From Candidatus Dojkabacteria bacterium (GTDB lineage Bacteria > Patescibacteriota > Dojkabacteria > J137), in assembly GCA_030834985.1 (NCBI GenBank), contig JAUQWV010000003.1:143387-207386 (forward strand): a stretch of 64,000 nucleotides of DNA. The letters run 5' to 3'. The notes below the pieces were generated by a model. It had not been told where the DNA came from. It did not search any database and was given only the letters and a program-made list of their open reading frames with translations. Positions 37,892 to 46,791 of this stretch are shown in pieces. How positions within the stretch are numbered: position 1 is the first letter of the stretch; each line of letters starts with the position of its first letter. Both the position numbers and the translations under genes were made by a program.

Positions 37892-38491
37892 ATGATAAAT
37901 ATTAAAAGGCCAGATCCAAATATCAACAAAAAAGTTATTTTGGTTACACCAAATCTTTTTAATATTGCTCTTATTTTATTCGGAGTTTTAATTGTAGGAT
38001 TTACAGGATATATACTTGTAAAAGTTGCATCAAAACCTGCTAATAACACTACTGGATCAGTTGCTGGAGTTCAAGTCAGTAGAGTTGAAGATACAAATTT
38101 ATTAAATACACTTTCAAAAAATTCAAATTACAAATATTTTTTTGATGCATTAACTAAGTCAGGTGAATATGTAAAACTACAAGACGATGGTCCATACACA
38201 GTTTTAATTCCAGATGATAATGCTTTTAGAAAGCTAGGTGAAGCAGAATTAGCATCACTTTTTAACAATACTGCAAAGCTTAGAACTTTTGTGGGGAACC
38301 ATATTGTAGAAGGAACTTTAAGGAAGCTTGATATTAATAAAGTAGAGTGGATAAGAACAATTAGTGGAAAGCTAATTACAATCGAGCAAACAGAAATGGG
38401 TACATACTTTGACAAAGCAAAGCTGATGAGCAGTGAAATTGAAGCTTCTAATGGAGTGCTGTTCGAAGTAGATTCCGTTTTGTTGTACTAA
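37892..38491 (+). CDS. Fasciclin (FAS1) domain protein, membrane anchored
   Basis: GPYTVLIPDDNAF (H1), NHIV, ASNGVLFEVDSVL (H2). Confidence 0.9.
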   Translation: MINIKRPDPNINKKVILVTPNLFNIALILFGVLIVGFTGYILVKVASKPANNTTGSVAGVQVSRVEDTNLLNTLSKNSNYKYFFDALTKSGEYVKLQDDGPYTVLIPDDNAFRKLGEAELASLFNNTAKLRTFVGNHIVEGTLRKLDINKVEWIRTISGKLITIEQTEMGTYFDKAKLMSSEIEASNGVLFEVDSVLLY

Positions 38492-38513
38492 GCATTTTCC
38501 TTTATACTAGCTA

Positions 38514-38735
38514 TTACATCGGAGCTTCTTCAGCATCAAGTAAGACTTCGGCTTCTTTTTTAGTGCGTTCACATTCAAAAACTAAAGCATCAAAATCTTT
38601 TTTTGTTTCAACTGTCAGCATTCCTGTTTCTGAAAATTGTTCTAATAAATCTTTAGAAAACGTTAAGAGCCGTTCTAATAACTCTGTCATGTCTTCCAGG
38701 CAAGAGGTTATTTGTGCGGATTTTTCCTGGTCCAT
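38514..38735 (-). CDS. Small acidic helical hypothetical protein
   Basis: Strong SD AAGGAGG upstream; own promoter. Confidence 0.6.
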   Translation of the reverse strand: MDQEKSAQITSCLEDMTELLERLLTFSKDLLEQFSETGMLTVETKKDFDALVFECERTKKEAEVLLDAEEAPM

Positions 38736-38765
38736 AATTTATACCTCCTTTCTTAGATTTACTTA

Positions 38766-38794
38766 AGTTTATGTTTAAAGCCATAGCTGGTCAA
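38766..38794 (-). promoter_or_regulatory. Sigma70-type promoter for 38514-38735
   Basis: Minus strand TTGACC-N17-TAAACT. Confidence 0.5.
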
Positions 38795-38850
38795 GGAAAA
38801 ATCCGCTTTTATGTTAAAATTTCTTGTGCTTTTTGCGGAAGGAGATGAAA

Positions 38851-39165
38851 ATGCACGTAAGAGTAGTAAACCTCTTATTCTATATCGCTATTGTGCTACT
38901 CGTAGGTTCAGTACTACTTGCCGCGAGGGTCGGTACAGACACCGTACTGTTTGTACTTACCCTGTATACAAGCCTATGGGCAATCTTTGTGGTTGCGATA
39001 AGGGCAACGATACGCGGTAAAGAACTACGCGAACGAGTAAGCAAAGCGAAAGAAAGAGGGAAGGAGTTCCACCGATTCAGTACGGGGATAATGCTAGTAG
39101 CGTTTCTTCCACTGATAGGTGTGCTCGTGGCTGTCGGCATTCGTGCCGCAGCTGCACTCCGGTGA
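38851..39165 (+). CDS. Hypothetical 3-TM membrane protein, GC-richer than its surroundings
   Basis: AAGGAG SD 6 nt before ATG 38851; three hydrophobic segments. Confidence 0.6.
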   Translation: MHVRVVNLLFYIAIVLLVGSVLLAARVGTDTVLFVLTLYTSLWAIFVVAIRATIRGKELRERVSKAKERGKEFHRFSTGIMLVAFLPLIGVLVAVGIRAAAALR

Positions 39166-39181
39166 GCAGGAAGCACAAGCC

Positions 39182-39219
39182 GGGCGTGGCGGTCGTGGAA
39201 ATCACGACCGCCACCGCCC
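39182..39219. terminator. Very GC-rich hairpin between convergent genes
   Basis: GGGCG-TGGCGGTCGTG-GAAAT-CACGACCGCCA-C-CGCCC; no clear U-tract on the + strand. Confidence 0.6.
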
Positions 39220-39240
39220 AGAACAATATTCAAAATAAAA

Positions 39241-39639
39241 TTACTTCAACTTAGAAAGAAGTTCTTCTGCAATTTCTTTATTAAATTCTATTTTTTTACG
39301 CGAATCAAAGTTATCTGCTTGCTCTTTAGTTAAAATAGGGTAGAGCTTCGCATGCAGATGATCCACTTCAAATCCTTCAAAAATCAAAATACACCTTAGA
39401 GTACCTAATTTTTCATCTAACAACTTAGCAACCTTTTTAATGTAAGCCCAGAATCTAGTCATAAACTCATCGTCTTGATTGAAAACATAAGAATCTCTCT
39501 GTACTTTCGGAACAACAAGTGTTTGGCCTTGTACAGATGGATTAATATCTAAAAAAGCCATAAATTCATCATTTTCATCAATAAAATATGCAGGGATCTC
39601 TTTCTTTGCAATCTTTGTAAAAATTGTTTCTTTTTCCAT
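39241..39639 (-). CDS. HIT-family nucleotide hydrolase
   Basis: TIFTKI, AFLDINP..GQTLVVPK, EVDHLHAKL. Confidence 0.9.
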   Translation of the reverse strand: MEKETIFTKIAKKEIPAYFIDENDEFMAFLDINPSVQGQTLVVPKVQRDSYVFNQDDEFMTRFWAYIKKVAKLLDEKLGTLRCILIFEGFEVDHLHAKLYPILTKEQADNFDSRKKIEFNKEIAEELLSKLK

Positions 39640-39725
39640 AAAAAATTTGATTAACTTTGGTATACGTTTTTTATAATAAATTTTATAACTGAATAATATT
39701 ATATAACATCTTATATGAATTCTTT

Positions 39726-40067
39726 ATGAGCAAATCAATCGCCGACATAACAAAGATAATCGTAGACTTTTCTAACGAGAGAGGTTGGGTCAACGAAAAT
39801 CCTTCATTTTTACTAAATGCAATATTTATTGAATTAGGCGAGTTAGCAGAACATTATCAATGGCAATCAGATTTCACTAAAATACGTGCAGCTAATAAAA
39901 ATACAAGAACGGAGATAGGATTTGAATTTGTAGATGTAATAATATATCTATTTAGATTTGCAGAGCGGAGCGGTATCGATATTGAAGAATATTTTGACAA
40001 AAAGATGCCTAAACTTGCAGAAAAATTTAAAGTTGGCGCAGACCATTCTAAAGCGCATAAAGAGTAA
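39726..40067 (+). CDS. MazG-like (dCTP pyrophosphatase-type) nucleotide pyrophosphohydrolase
   Basis: FSNERGW, IELGELAEHYQW, EFVDVIIYL. Confidence 0.8.
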   Translation: MSKSIADITKIIVDFSNERGWVNENPSFLLNAIFIELGELAEHYQWQSDFTKIRAANKNTRTEIGFEFVDVIIYLFRFAERSGIDIEEYFDKKMPKLAEKFKVGADHSKAHKE

Positions 40068-40115
40068 AGAAAAACAGGAAAGAATAAACTGTATTAAATC
40101 TTTAGTATGTGGATT

Positions 40116-40152
40116 GTAGCGGGAGTCCCCAATTTATGGTGACTCCCGCTAC
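40116..40152. terminator. GC-rich hairpin 3 nt after the stop of 40155-40553
   Basis: GTAGCGGGAGTC-N13-GACTCCCGCTAC, perfect 12-bp arms. Confidence 0.65.
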
Positions 40153-40154
40153 TG

Positions 40155-40553
40155 TTAACGGATCAGTAAGGTGAACGGAAGCCTATGTCCACGTGCCAGC
40201 GTGTAAACTGTGAGACCTTTGATTCGTACAGGCTGTTTCTTGACTTTAATCGTGGCGGAGAATTCTTCGCTGTCTTGCTCATCTCCATGAAGAAGAGCAA
40301 GGTAAAATCTTATCTCCTCATGTTCGTCAAAGACCTGAACTCCTCGCGCATAGGTCTCCTGGTCACCAATGAGCAGAGTAACCTGCAAGAACTGGGACCT
40401 ATCTTTCTGTAGGCCATTTCCTATACGGAAAGTTTCTCCTTCCGCACTTAGTGGAAATGCCTGCTGAATGCCAACAGTTGTTATTACCATATACGGCAAC
40501 AGCAATTTCTCGGCAAGGCCAAACGCAATCGAATCGTTTGGTAGGACTTGCAT
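40155..40553 (-). CDS. Hypothetical protein, GC-richer than its surroundings
   Basis: AAAGGA SD, upstream TGATATAAT -10, downstream hairpin. Confidence 0.55.
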   Translation of the reverse strand: MQVLPNDSIAFGLAEKLLLPYMVITTVGIQQAFPLSAEGETFRIGNGLQKDRSQFLQVTLLIGDQETYARGVQVFDEHEEIRFYLALLHGDEQDSEEFSATIKVKKQPVRIKGLTVYTLARGHRLPFTLLIR

Positions 40554-40645
40554 ATTATTATCCTTTCATCTTAATGAGCCTACCCTTATTATATCATCAG
40601 TATATATCCGTTGTCGAATAGATGTTATAAGAGTAGAATTATTAT

Positions 40646-41188
40646 ATGAAACTAGAAACAGCAATGTTAGCTGGAGGATGCTTTTGGTGTGTAGAAGCCA
40701 TTTTCCAAAAGATCAAAGGAGTTGTTTCCGTTACACCAGGTTATTCTGGCGGTATAACCCCAAATCCAACATATGAAGAGGTCTCAACAGGAGAAACAGG
40801 ACACGCTGAAACAGCAGAAATCAAGTTTGATTCAAATGTCATTTCGTATAAGGATTTACTGTGGATATTCTTTTTAACGCACGACCCAACTACATTGAAT
40901 CAGCAAGGCGGAGATGTTGGTACGCAATACAGATCAGTGATCTTCTTTATGAACGAAGAACAAAAACTAGAGGCAGAAGAAGTGAAGGCGCATATAGAGG
41001 CTGAAAGAATCTATAAAGATCCAATTGTAACTGAAATTACTGAATTTAAAAAATTCTACACTGCGGAAGATTATCACCAAAATTTCTACAATCACAATAG
41101 AGACTATCCATATTGCAGGATTGTAATTGACCCGAAAATCAATAAACTCAAAAAGGAGTTTCTATATAAGCTCAAGGCAGATAACTAG
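40646..41188 (+). CDS. msrA: Peptide methionine sulfoxide reductase A
   Basis: GGCFWCVEA, GHAE, HDPTTLNQQG.DVGTQYRS, AEDYHQ. Confidence 0.97.
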   Translation: MKLETAMLAGGCFWCVEAIFQKIKGVVSVTPGYSGGITPNPTYEEVSTGETGHAETAEIKFDSNVISYKDLLWIFFLTHDPTTLNQQGGDVGTQYRSVIFFMNEEQKLEAEEVKAHIEAERIYKDPIVTEITEFKKFYTAEDYHQNFYNHNRDYPYCRIVIDPKINKLKKEFLYKLKADN

Positions 41189-41189
41189 C

Positions 41190-43100
41190 TTATAATCTGT
41201 CATCAGGCATAGAACCCTCTCCAGAAGATGATGCCACTGGCTTTAAAGAATCTCTTAATAAAGTTTCAATAACTTGAAAGTCTGAGCTATTTGATGTGTT
41301 GTATGCACTAAACTCTGCATTATCCGCAGCTAAATCATATGTAATAGAATCTACCATACCTGTATTAGAGTACTCCTTTAGAGCATATTTATTATTGCCA
41401 AATTCAAATACCAGTATGTAATCTGTATACCAACATTCATCCTCACCACATGAGTTAATTGGAGCATCTGGTGCAGGGGCGATGAGTGAGGTTGAAACAT
41501 CATCTCTCACTTGTGATTCTGCTGCCAGTGGCATTATCATACCTCCTTGGCTGTATTCGTAAGAGTAAAGAGTTCCAGAAACAACCTCTCCGTTTATGCT
41601 TACAGAAACTTGAGTTTCCATTTTATTTCTTAATTCACTCCACAAGAAAGAATCAACAATCTTAATATTATCTTCTTGATTATTATAAATATTGATTGAG
41701 TAATTGCTTGCACCTAGGGTATAAGACATCGTACCAACCGTTGTTGGATAGTAATATGGTGATGTAAATGAAAATGAGCCATTGTACATTGCAAACATTT
41801 TGTCTCCTAATTCACCTAAAGGATAGAATGCTCTGTCTGCATAGTAGTTACTTGAATTATCTACAGTAGAAAAATCATTGTTGCTAATATACAAAGATTG
41901 ATTAGTTGCATCTGTTGCGTTTGGTAATAAGACATCAATATCTGTATTTCTTGCGTAATCAACTTGTTTTTGTAATTCGCTTTCTGGATCATAGATTAAA
42001 ACATCAGGAGATGTTGTATTAATCACAATATCTCTAACAGGTACATTCAAATCAAAGTTAAAGCTAATAGATAAGTCTGCAACTGTACGCTTTTCATTAA
42101 CGGTTTCTGTTGTAGAAGACTCCATAAGTCTATCGTTTCCAACATAGTCTAAGTAATTATCAACTCTTACTATTTGATAATTTTCTGCATCCGCATACGA
42201 AACAGAGTAGATAGTTCTAATATCTTGTTGAATATCAAATTCCCACCTACTTTTATTCTGATAACCTGCACAATCTGCTTGATACGAGTGTTGGATAATA
42301 TAATAGTCTCTACCATTAATATTTTGCATTCCTATAATCTGAACATCAGGACCGAAGTATTCGGTTGGATCAATTGGAGGAACTTCTTCTGTTGGAGTTT
42401 CTGGAGTAGGCTCAATTTCTTCAGGAGCTGAAACCGGAATAGAAACTGGATCGACTACATCTGTAACACCTGTGTCAACTGCAACAGGAGAAACTGAAGT
42501 CTGGCCAGCTCGTAATTGTCCTTGTGAATCTACTGGATACTCATAAACGTTTCTAACAGCATAGCTACCTCCTAAATATGTATAATTCTCGCTTCTGTAA
42601 GTAACTCCATTATTTTCAGATGTACTTAATGAGTAATTATTAATTGAACCATCTTGGTTATAGCCAACATATTTTGAGTAATAGTTTGACTCGTCAAAAA
42701 AGTTATAGCTTTCTACTACTGGAATAAAGATATCATCCTGCAAATTAATTCCATATGTACATTGTTCAAATGCTGGGCCTCGGGTTATTGAGGTTTTAGA
42801 ATAAAAATAGTTGGCATCAGGATTAGCTATCCATCCTGGAGCAACCATCATCCTGTCGCTAGAAAGAGATGTTCCCAATGGAGCTGCAGCAAGTGCGTTC
42901 TCGGCTGCAGAGCCTGCAGTTGCAAGTTGTGAATAGCTAGGGTTGTTTAAAGCGATTCTTCGTAGAATAGCTAACTGCTCTGCAGCCGACAGTCCAGTAT
43001 TTGTTCTAGACAACAGCATAAAAGCAAGAACTGAAGTTCCTATGAGAGCTAAAAAAGCAAGTCCTAATAGCCCAAATACGAAAAGTTTGCGTTTATTCAT
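41190..43100 (-). CDS. Large membrane-anchored extracytoplasmic protein
   Basis: MNKRKLF plus TM; acidic Pro-rich linker; Tyr/Ser/Asn-rich; segments align by eye with the anti-sigma outer domain. Confidence 0.65.
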   Translation of the reverse strand: MNKRKLFVFGLLGLAFLALIGTSVLAFMLLSRTNTGLSAAEQLAILRRIALNNPSYSQLATAGSAAENALAAAPLGTSLSSDRMMVAPGWIANPDANYFYSKTSITRGPAFEQCTYGINLQDDIFIPVVESYNFFDESNYYSKYVGYNQDGSINNYSLSTSENNGVTYRSENYTYLGGSYAVRNVYEYPVDSQGQLRAGQTSVSPVAVDTGVTDVVDPVSIPVSAPEEIEPTPETPTEEVPPIDPTEYFGPDVQIIGMQNINGRDYYIIQHSYQADCAGYQNKSRWEFDIQQDIRTIYSVSYADAENYQIVRVDNYLDYVGNDRLMESSTTETVNEKRTVADLSISFNFDLNVPVRDIVINTTSPDVLIYDPESELQKQVDYARNTDIDVLLPNATDATNQSLYISNNDFSTVDNSSNYYADRAFYPLGELGDKMFAMYNGSFSFTSPYYYPTTVGTMSYTLGASNYSINIYNNQEDNIKIVDSFLWSELRNKMETQVSVSINGEVVSGTLYSYEYSQGGMIMPLAAESQVRDDVSTSLIAPAPDAPINSCGEDECWYTDYILVFEFGNNKYALKEYSNTGMVDSITYDLAADNAEFSAYNTSNSSDFQVIETLLRDSLKPVASSSGEGSMPDDRL

Positions 43101-43147
43101 AAAAATGGAGTTAAAAACTATTGTTTCTAACTTCATTATATATCAAT

Positions 43148-44275
43148 TTATCGAGTAACTTGAAAACTTTTTACTTGTTCAAGAATCTGTCTTGCATTTA
43201 GATCTATTTCAAAATGATTTCTAACAGGTTGAATAAGCTTATCCAGATATTCAATTACAGCTGTCTTTAAATCAATTGATGATAATTCATTTTTAGCAAA
43301 TGCATCTTCAAGTTCCTGATATGTTTTGAAAGCAATATCGCCTCCGTACTGAGCAGGTCTTTTTACAACAAATCTATCAGATAATAAATTTTCCTGACCT
43401 TTTAGATGATGAGCTTCGAAGATAATAAACTTACAGTATTCAAGTATAGGATTATCTGTAATTTCACCATCTTTACTGTAAGCTTTTGTAATTTTTCGCT
43501 TTATATCATCATAGGTATCTGTCATAAATATTGCTGAATCTGGAACTGACTTACTCATCTTAGCTGCAATTGCTCTTGTTACTGCATCACCTTCGTTAGC
43601 TATTGGCGCGCCTAATCCGCGTAACATTCTATGGCTTACAACAACAGGTTTCCAAAAGCCTAATTCCGGTCCAACCTGGCGCGCCAACATATTCACTTTT
43701 CTTTGATCCATACCAAGTTGAGTAACTTGGCACTTCATAACTCCAAAAATATCTGCTGTCTGCATGCAAGGGTAGAGGATCTGTGCAGCAGATAATTCAT
43801 CTTTTTCTGATCTGCCCATTATTTCTGTTGTTCTTAAAATTCTATTTAGAGTTGTTGTTCTTGCAACTTTCATTACAAGCTCCCAGTATTCTCTTTGTCC
43901 TACAAAGTCACTTGTCCATAAAAACTCTACATGATCTAAATCCATTCCGCTGGCTTTCCAAATCTCAATAAAATATTCACCTACTTTTTTAATCTTTTCT
44001 AAATCTCCGCCCATCTTATTATTCAAAAAACCAAACCAGTCAGCTACCCACATACGAAATATAAAGCCAGCTTTAATCATCTTATTTGTATTGATAGCTC
44101 TAATAATACCTTGCGCTATATGCATTTGGCCGGATGGTTCAAATCCGTCATAAGTGTATAAAGGTTCATTTGAAGCTAGAATTTCAGGTAAATCTTCTTC
44201 TCCTACAATTTCGCCGCCATCAGCAGCAATCGATTTAATAAGAGCAATACGCTCTTCAATGGACAGGTTACTCAT
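43148..44275 (-). CDS. tyrS: Tyrosine--tRNA ligase, archaeal/eukaryote type
   Basis: YDGFEPSGQMHIAQG, ADWFGFLNNKMGGDL, YPCMQTADIF, LGMDQRKVNMLAR, KMSKS; no S4 domain. Confidence 0.93.
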   Translation of the reverse strand: MSNLSIEERIALIKSIAADGGEIVGEEDLPEILASNEPLYTYDGFEPSGQMHIAQGIIRAINTNKMIKAGFIFRMWVADWFGFLNNKMGGDLEKIKKVGEYFIEIWKASGMDLDHVEFLWTSDFVGQREYWELVMKVARTTTLNRILRTTEIMGRSEKDELSAAQILYPCMQTADIFGVMKCQVTQLGMDQRKVNMLARQVGPELGFWKPVVVSHRMLRGLGAPIANEGDAVTRAIAAKMSKSVPDSAIFMTDTYDDIKRKITKAYSKDGEITDNPILEYCKFIIFEAHHLKGQENLLSDRFVVKRPAQYGGDIAFKTYQELEDAFAKNELSSIDLKTAVIEYLDKLIQPVRNHFEIDLNARQILEQVKSFQVTR

Positions 44276-44381
44276 AAAATATTGGATAAATCTTTATTGA
44301 TTCGATTATACAATAATCAATCTAGTCTTTAAAATTTATGTATAATGAATTTTGAACTATTTTTGCTTTTAATTTTGAACT

Positions 44382-45371
44382 GTGAATGGATTTAATCCTG
44401 TACTGTATTTATTAGCTTTTGCCCTGATTTGGGTAGGGTCAGGTTTAACAGTAAATTCAATTGAAAGAATTGCCAAACGACTAAAGATGAACACCTTTAT
44501 TGTGTCGTTTGTAATTTTAGGAATCTTTACCACATTACCTGAAATTTTTTTAGCGGTTAACTCAACAGTTCAGGGAACTCCAGAGATTTCTGCTGGCAAT
44601 TTACTTGGCGGAATTATTGTTCTCTTTTTGCTTTTAATTCCTTTGATTGCGATTGCCGGAAAAGGGGCTAAGATTATAAAAGACATAAGTCAGGTAAAGC
44701 TCTTCCTTTCGGCAATCGCAATCATTCTTCCAACTCTTTTCTTGCTTGATGGTTATGTAGGTGGAACTGAAGGCCTACTATTCTTAGCTGCCTATACAGG
44801 CCTAATATTTTTTGTAGAAAGAGACAGCAGACCGCAGAAGATTGAAAATAAAGCAGTAGCAAAACCTAAAAAACAAAAGAGAAGACAAATAAATATGGGA
44901 CTAACAACTTACTTTGGAAAATTAATCTTGGGCGTAGTTTTAATATTTATCTCAAGCGATATTATTTTAGATAACACATTAAAACTTGCGCAGCTGCTTG
45001 ATATGTCTACATTTATAATCAGTTTATTTATTATATCTTTAGGAACAAATTTGCCGGAATTTACAGTTGGAATTAGGTCTATCTTACAAAAAGATAAAAA
45101 TATTGCACTTGGAAACTATGTAGGCTCAGCTACAGCTAACACACTTTTATTCGGCTTCCTTGTATTAATAAATCCAACAGGAGTTTATATAAAAGACGAA
45201 AAGTTTGCACTAACTGCAGGGTTAATAATTGTAGCCATATTACTTTTTTACATCTTCACAATAACCAAAAAAGTTCTTTCACCAAAAGAAGGTTTTATTC
45301 TGCTTGGATTATACATAACCTTTGTAGTCTTAGAAATTGGATACACATTGAGTGCAGAAGCGACAACTTAA
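44382..45371 (+). CDS. Sodium/calcium exchanger (CaCA, YrbG-like)
   Basis: Alpha repeats TTLPE...GNLLG and GTNLPE...GNYVGS. Confidence 0.88.
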   Translation: MNGFNPVLYLLAFALIWVGSGLTVNSIERIAKRLKMNTFIVSFVILGIFTTLPEIFLAVNSTVQGTPEISAGNLLGGIIVLFLLLIPLIAIAGKGAKIIKDISQVKLFLSAIAIILPTLFLLDGYVGGTEGLLFLAAYTGLIFFVERDSRPQKIENKAVAKPKKQKRRQINMGLTTYFGKLILGVVLIFISSDIILDNTLKLAQLLDMSTFIISLFIISLGTNLPEFTVGIRSILQKDKNIALGNYVGSATANTLLFGFLVLINPTGVYIKDEKFALTAGLIIVAILLFYIFTITKKVLSPKEGFILLGLYITFVVLEIGYTLSAEATT

Positions 45372-45808
45372 AAATGAACTTCCTCACTTTTTGCAGCTAG
45401 TGCCGAATTTAAAGTGTTGTCGTCTAGTACTTCCAAAATAGATTTACCGATCAGCTCATCTTTGTTTTCAGCTTCTATAATCCAAATGCCCGTATGATCT
45501 GTTCCAATGCCAATTTCATCTTCTGCTAAAACCATTGAATCAGACTCTAAACCTCTTAGCATTTTTTTGCCAAGAACAACTTTTTCTCCTTGTAAAAGTA
45601 AATAGCCAGGTACTACATTTCCTTCTGTTAAAAAAGGAACAATATCGTTTTCTTTAATATTTGAAGCCCCGGTTATTACTGCTTTTACTTTACCTCCTAT
45701 GTCCAATACTGCAATATTGAGTTTATCGGCATTAGGATGTTTTAAAATTCCTAAAATTTTCCCTAATTTAATTTCTTTCAATAGTTCTTTGTATTCTGAT
45801 AATTCCAT
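45368..45808 (-). CDS. Stand-alone tRNA-binding OB-fold protein (PheT-B2/YtpR-like)
   Basis: KHPNADKL, ITGASNI, LRGLESDSMVLAEDEIGI. Confidence 0.8.
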   Translation of the reverse strand: MELSEYKELLKEIKLGKILGILKHPNADKLNIAVLDIGGKVKAVITGASNIKENDIVPFLTEGNVVPGYLLLQGEKVVLGKKMLRGLESDSMVLAEDEIGIGTDHTGIWIIEAENKDELIGKSILEVLDDNTLNSALAAKSEEVHF

Positions 45809-45847
45809 TTTTTGAATTTAATAGCTTAAACAAAGTAGATTTTAACA

Positions 45848-46399
45848 CTAGCTCCATTGATATTTTGATGGATGCTTTCTAATGTGTTCAATTTCTCTAA
45901 AAACATCTACCACAAGTATTAAAGTTAAGAGAATCGTAGTAAATGTTACTGAAATACCAATCCATAAAAAACTTTTACCGGTTAGGTAGTTGACCCACAC
46001 AATTACATTCGTTAATAGCATAAAGATCCACCAAGCTGAAGCTTGAGTATAAACAGTATAGGAGTCTTTTAAGAGATTCAGAAGGTTTCTTTTTGCCAAG
46101 CTTAGGATTACTTTTTCTGAGGCATGGCTGCTATGTAAAAATATTGTTCTAAAGACAGCTCCCGAAAAGAAAATCGCTATAATAACAAACATAAACAGAT
46201 CAGAGTACGCAGTTACGGTTATTACATCATCATGATTGAGCACAGTAGTGACTGCAAAGATTGAACCTGTATAATCTCTTATCGACCAGGCAATATTAAA
46301 GATATTAATTACTAAGAGTATGCCTAAAAGCTTTGCAACAACTAATACGGCTGCAGGTAAAACAGAGAAATCTAGGATTTTTACAAGAGATTTTGACAT
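45848..46399 (-). CDS. Hypothetical membrane protein
   Basis: Four TM segments. Confidence 0.6.
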   Translation of the reverse strand: MSKSLVKILDFSVLPAAVLVVAKLLGILLVINIFNIAWSIRDYTGSIFAVTTVLNHDDVITVTAYSDLFMFVIIAIFFSGAVFRTIFLHSSHASEKVILSLAKRNLLNLLKDSYTVYTQASAWWIFMLLTNVIVWVNYLTGKSFLWIGISVTFTTILLTLILVVDVFREIEHIRKHPSKYQWS

Positions 46400-46437
46400 T
46401 AGTATATTTTATAGCAAAAGAAGGGCCAAACCAACTT

Positions 46438-46698
46438 TTAAAGTGATTTGATCATTTTTGCTAGCTGAGCTTTGTATCGATTAGCTGTGTTTTTATGAAG
46501 AACGCCACCTTTAGCAGCCTTATCAATTGATTTGAAGGCCTGTGGTAAAAGCTTTTCTGCTTCAGCTTTATCTTTATTGGCAATAGCTTTAACTACACCT
46601 TTTCTATCTTCTTTATACTGTCTGTTTTTTCGAAGGTTAATAATTTTCTTTCTTGCAGACACTCTAATTGCCTTTTTTGCTGAACTTGTATTCGCCAT
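46438..46698 (-). CDS. rpsT: 30S ribosomal protein S20
   Basis: MANTSSAKKAIR, IDKAAKGGVLHKNTANRYK. Confidence 0.97.
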   Translation of the reverse strand: MANTSSAKKAIRVSARKKIINLRKNRQYKEDRKGVVKAIANKDKAEAEKLLPQAFKSIDKAAKGGVLHKNTANRYKAQLAKMIKSL

Positions 46699-46791
46699 AT
46701 ACTAATTAATTTAATCTTAAAGCGTATGAATTTTAGCAGAGAATTAGCCAATAGGCAATAATTCTAACGGATTTTATAGTAGAATACGAGC

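Noticed and set aside
39182-40152. GC-rich hairpins as integron attC sites or REP elements
   Set aside because: No clear RYYYAAC/GTTRRRY ends, the two hairpins are unrelated in sequence, and no integrase is in the window
43101-43136. Track start MKLETIV resembling the MsrA start MKLETAM
   Set aside because: The short match is likely coincidental; the downstream ATG (MNKRKLF plus TM) is a more plausible start
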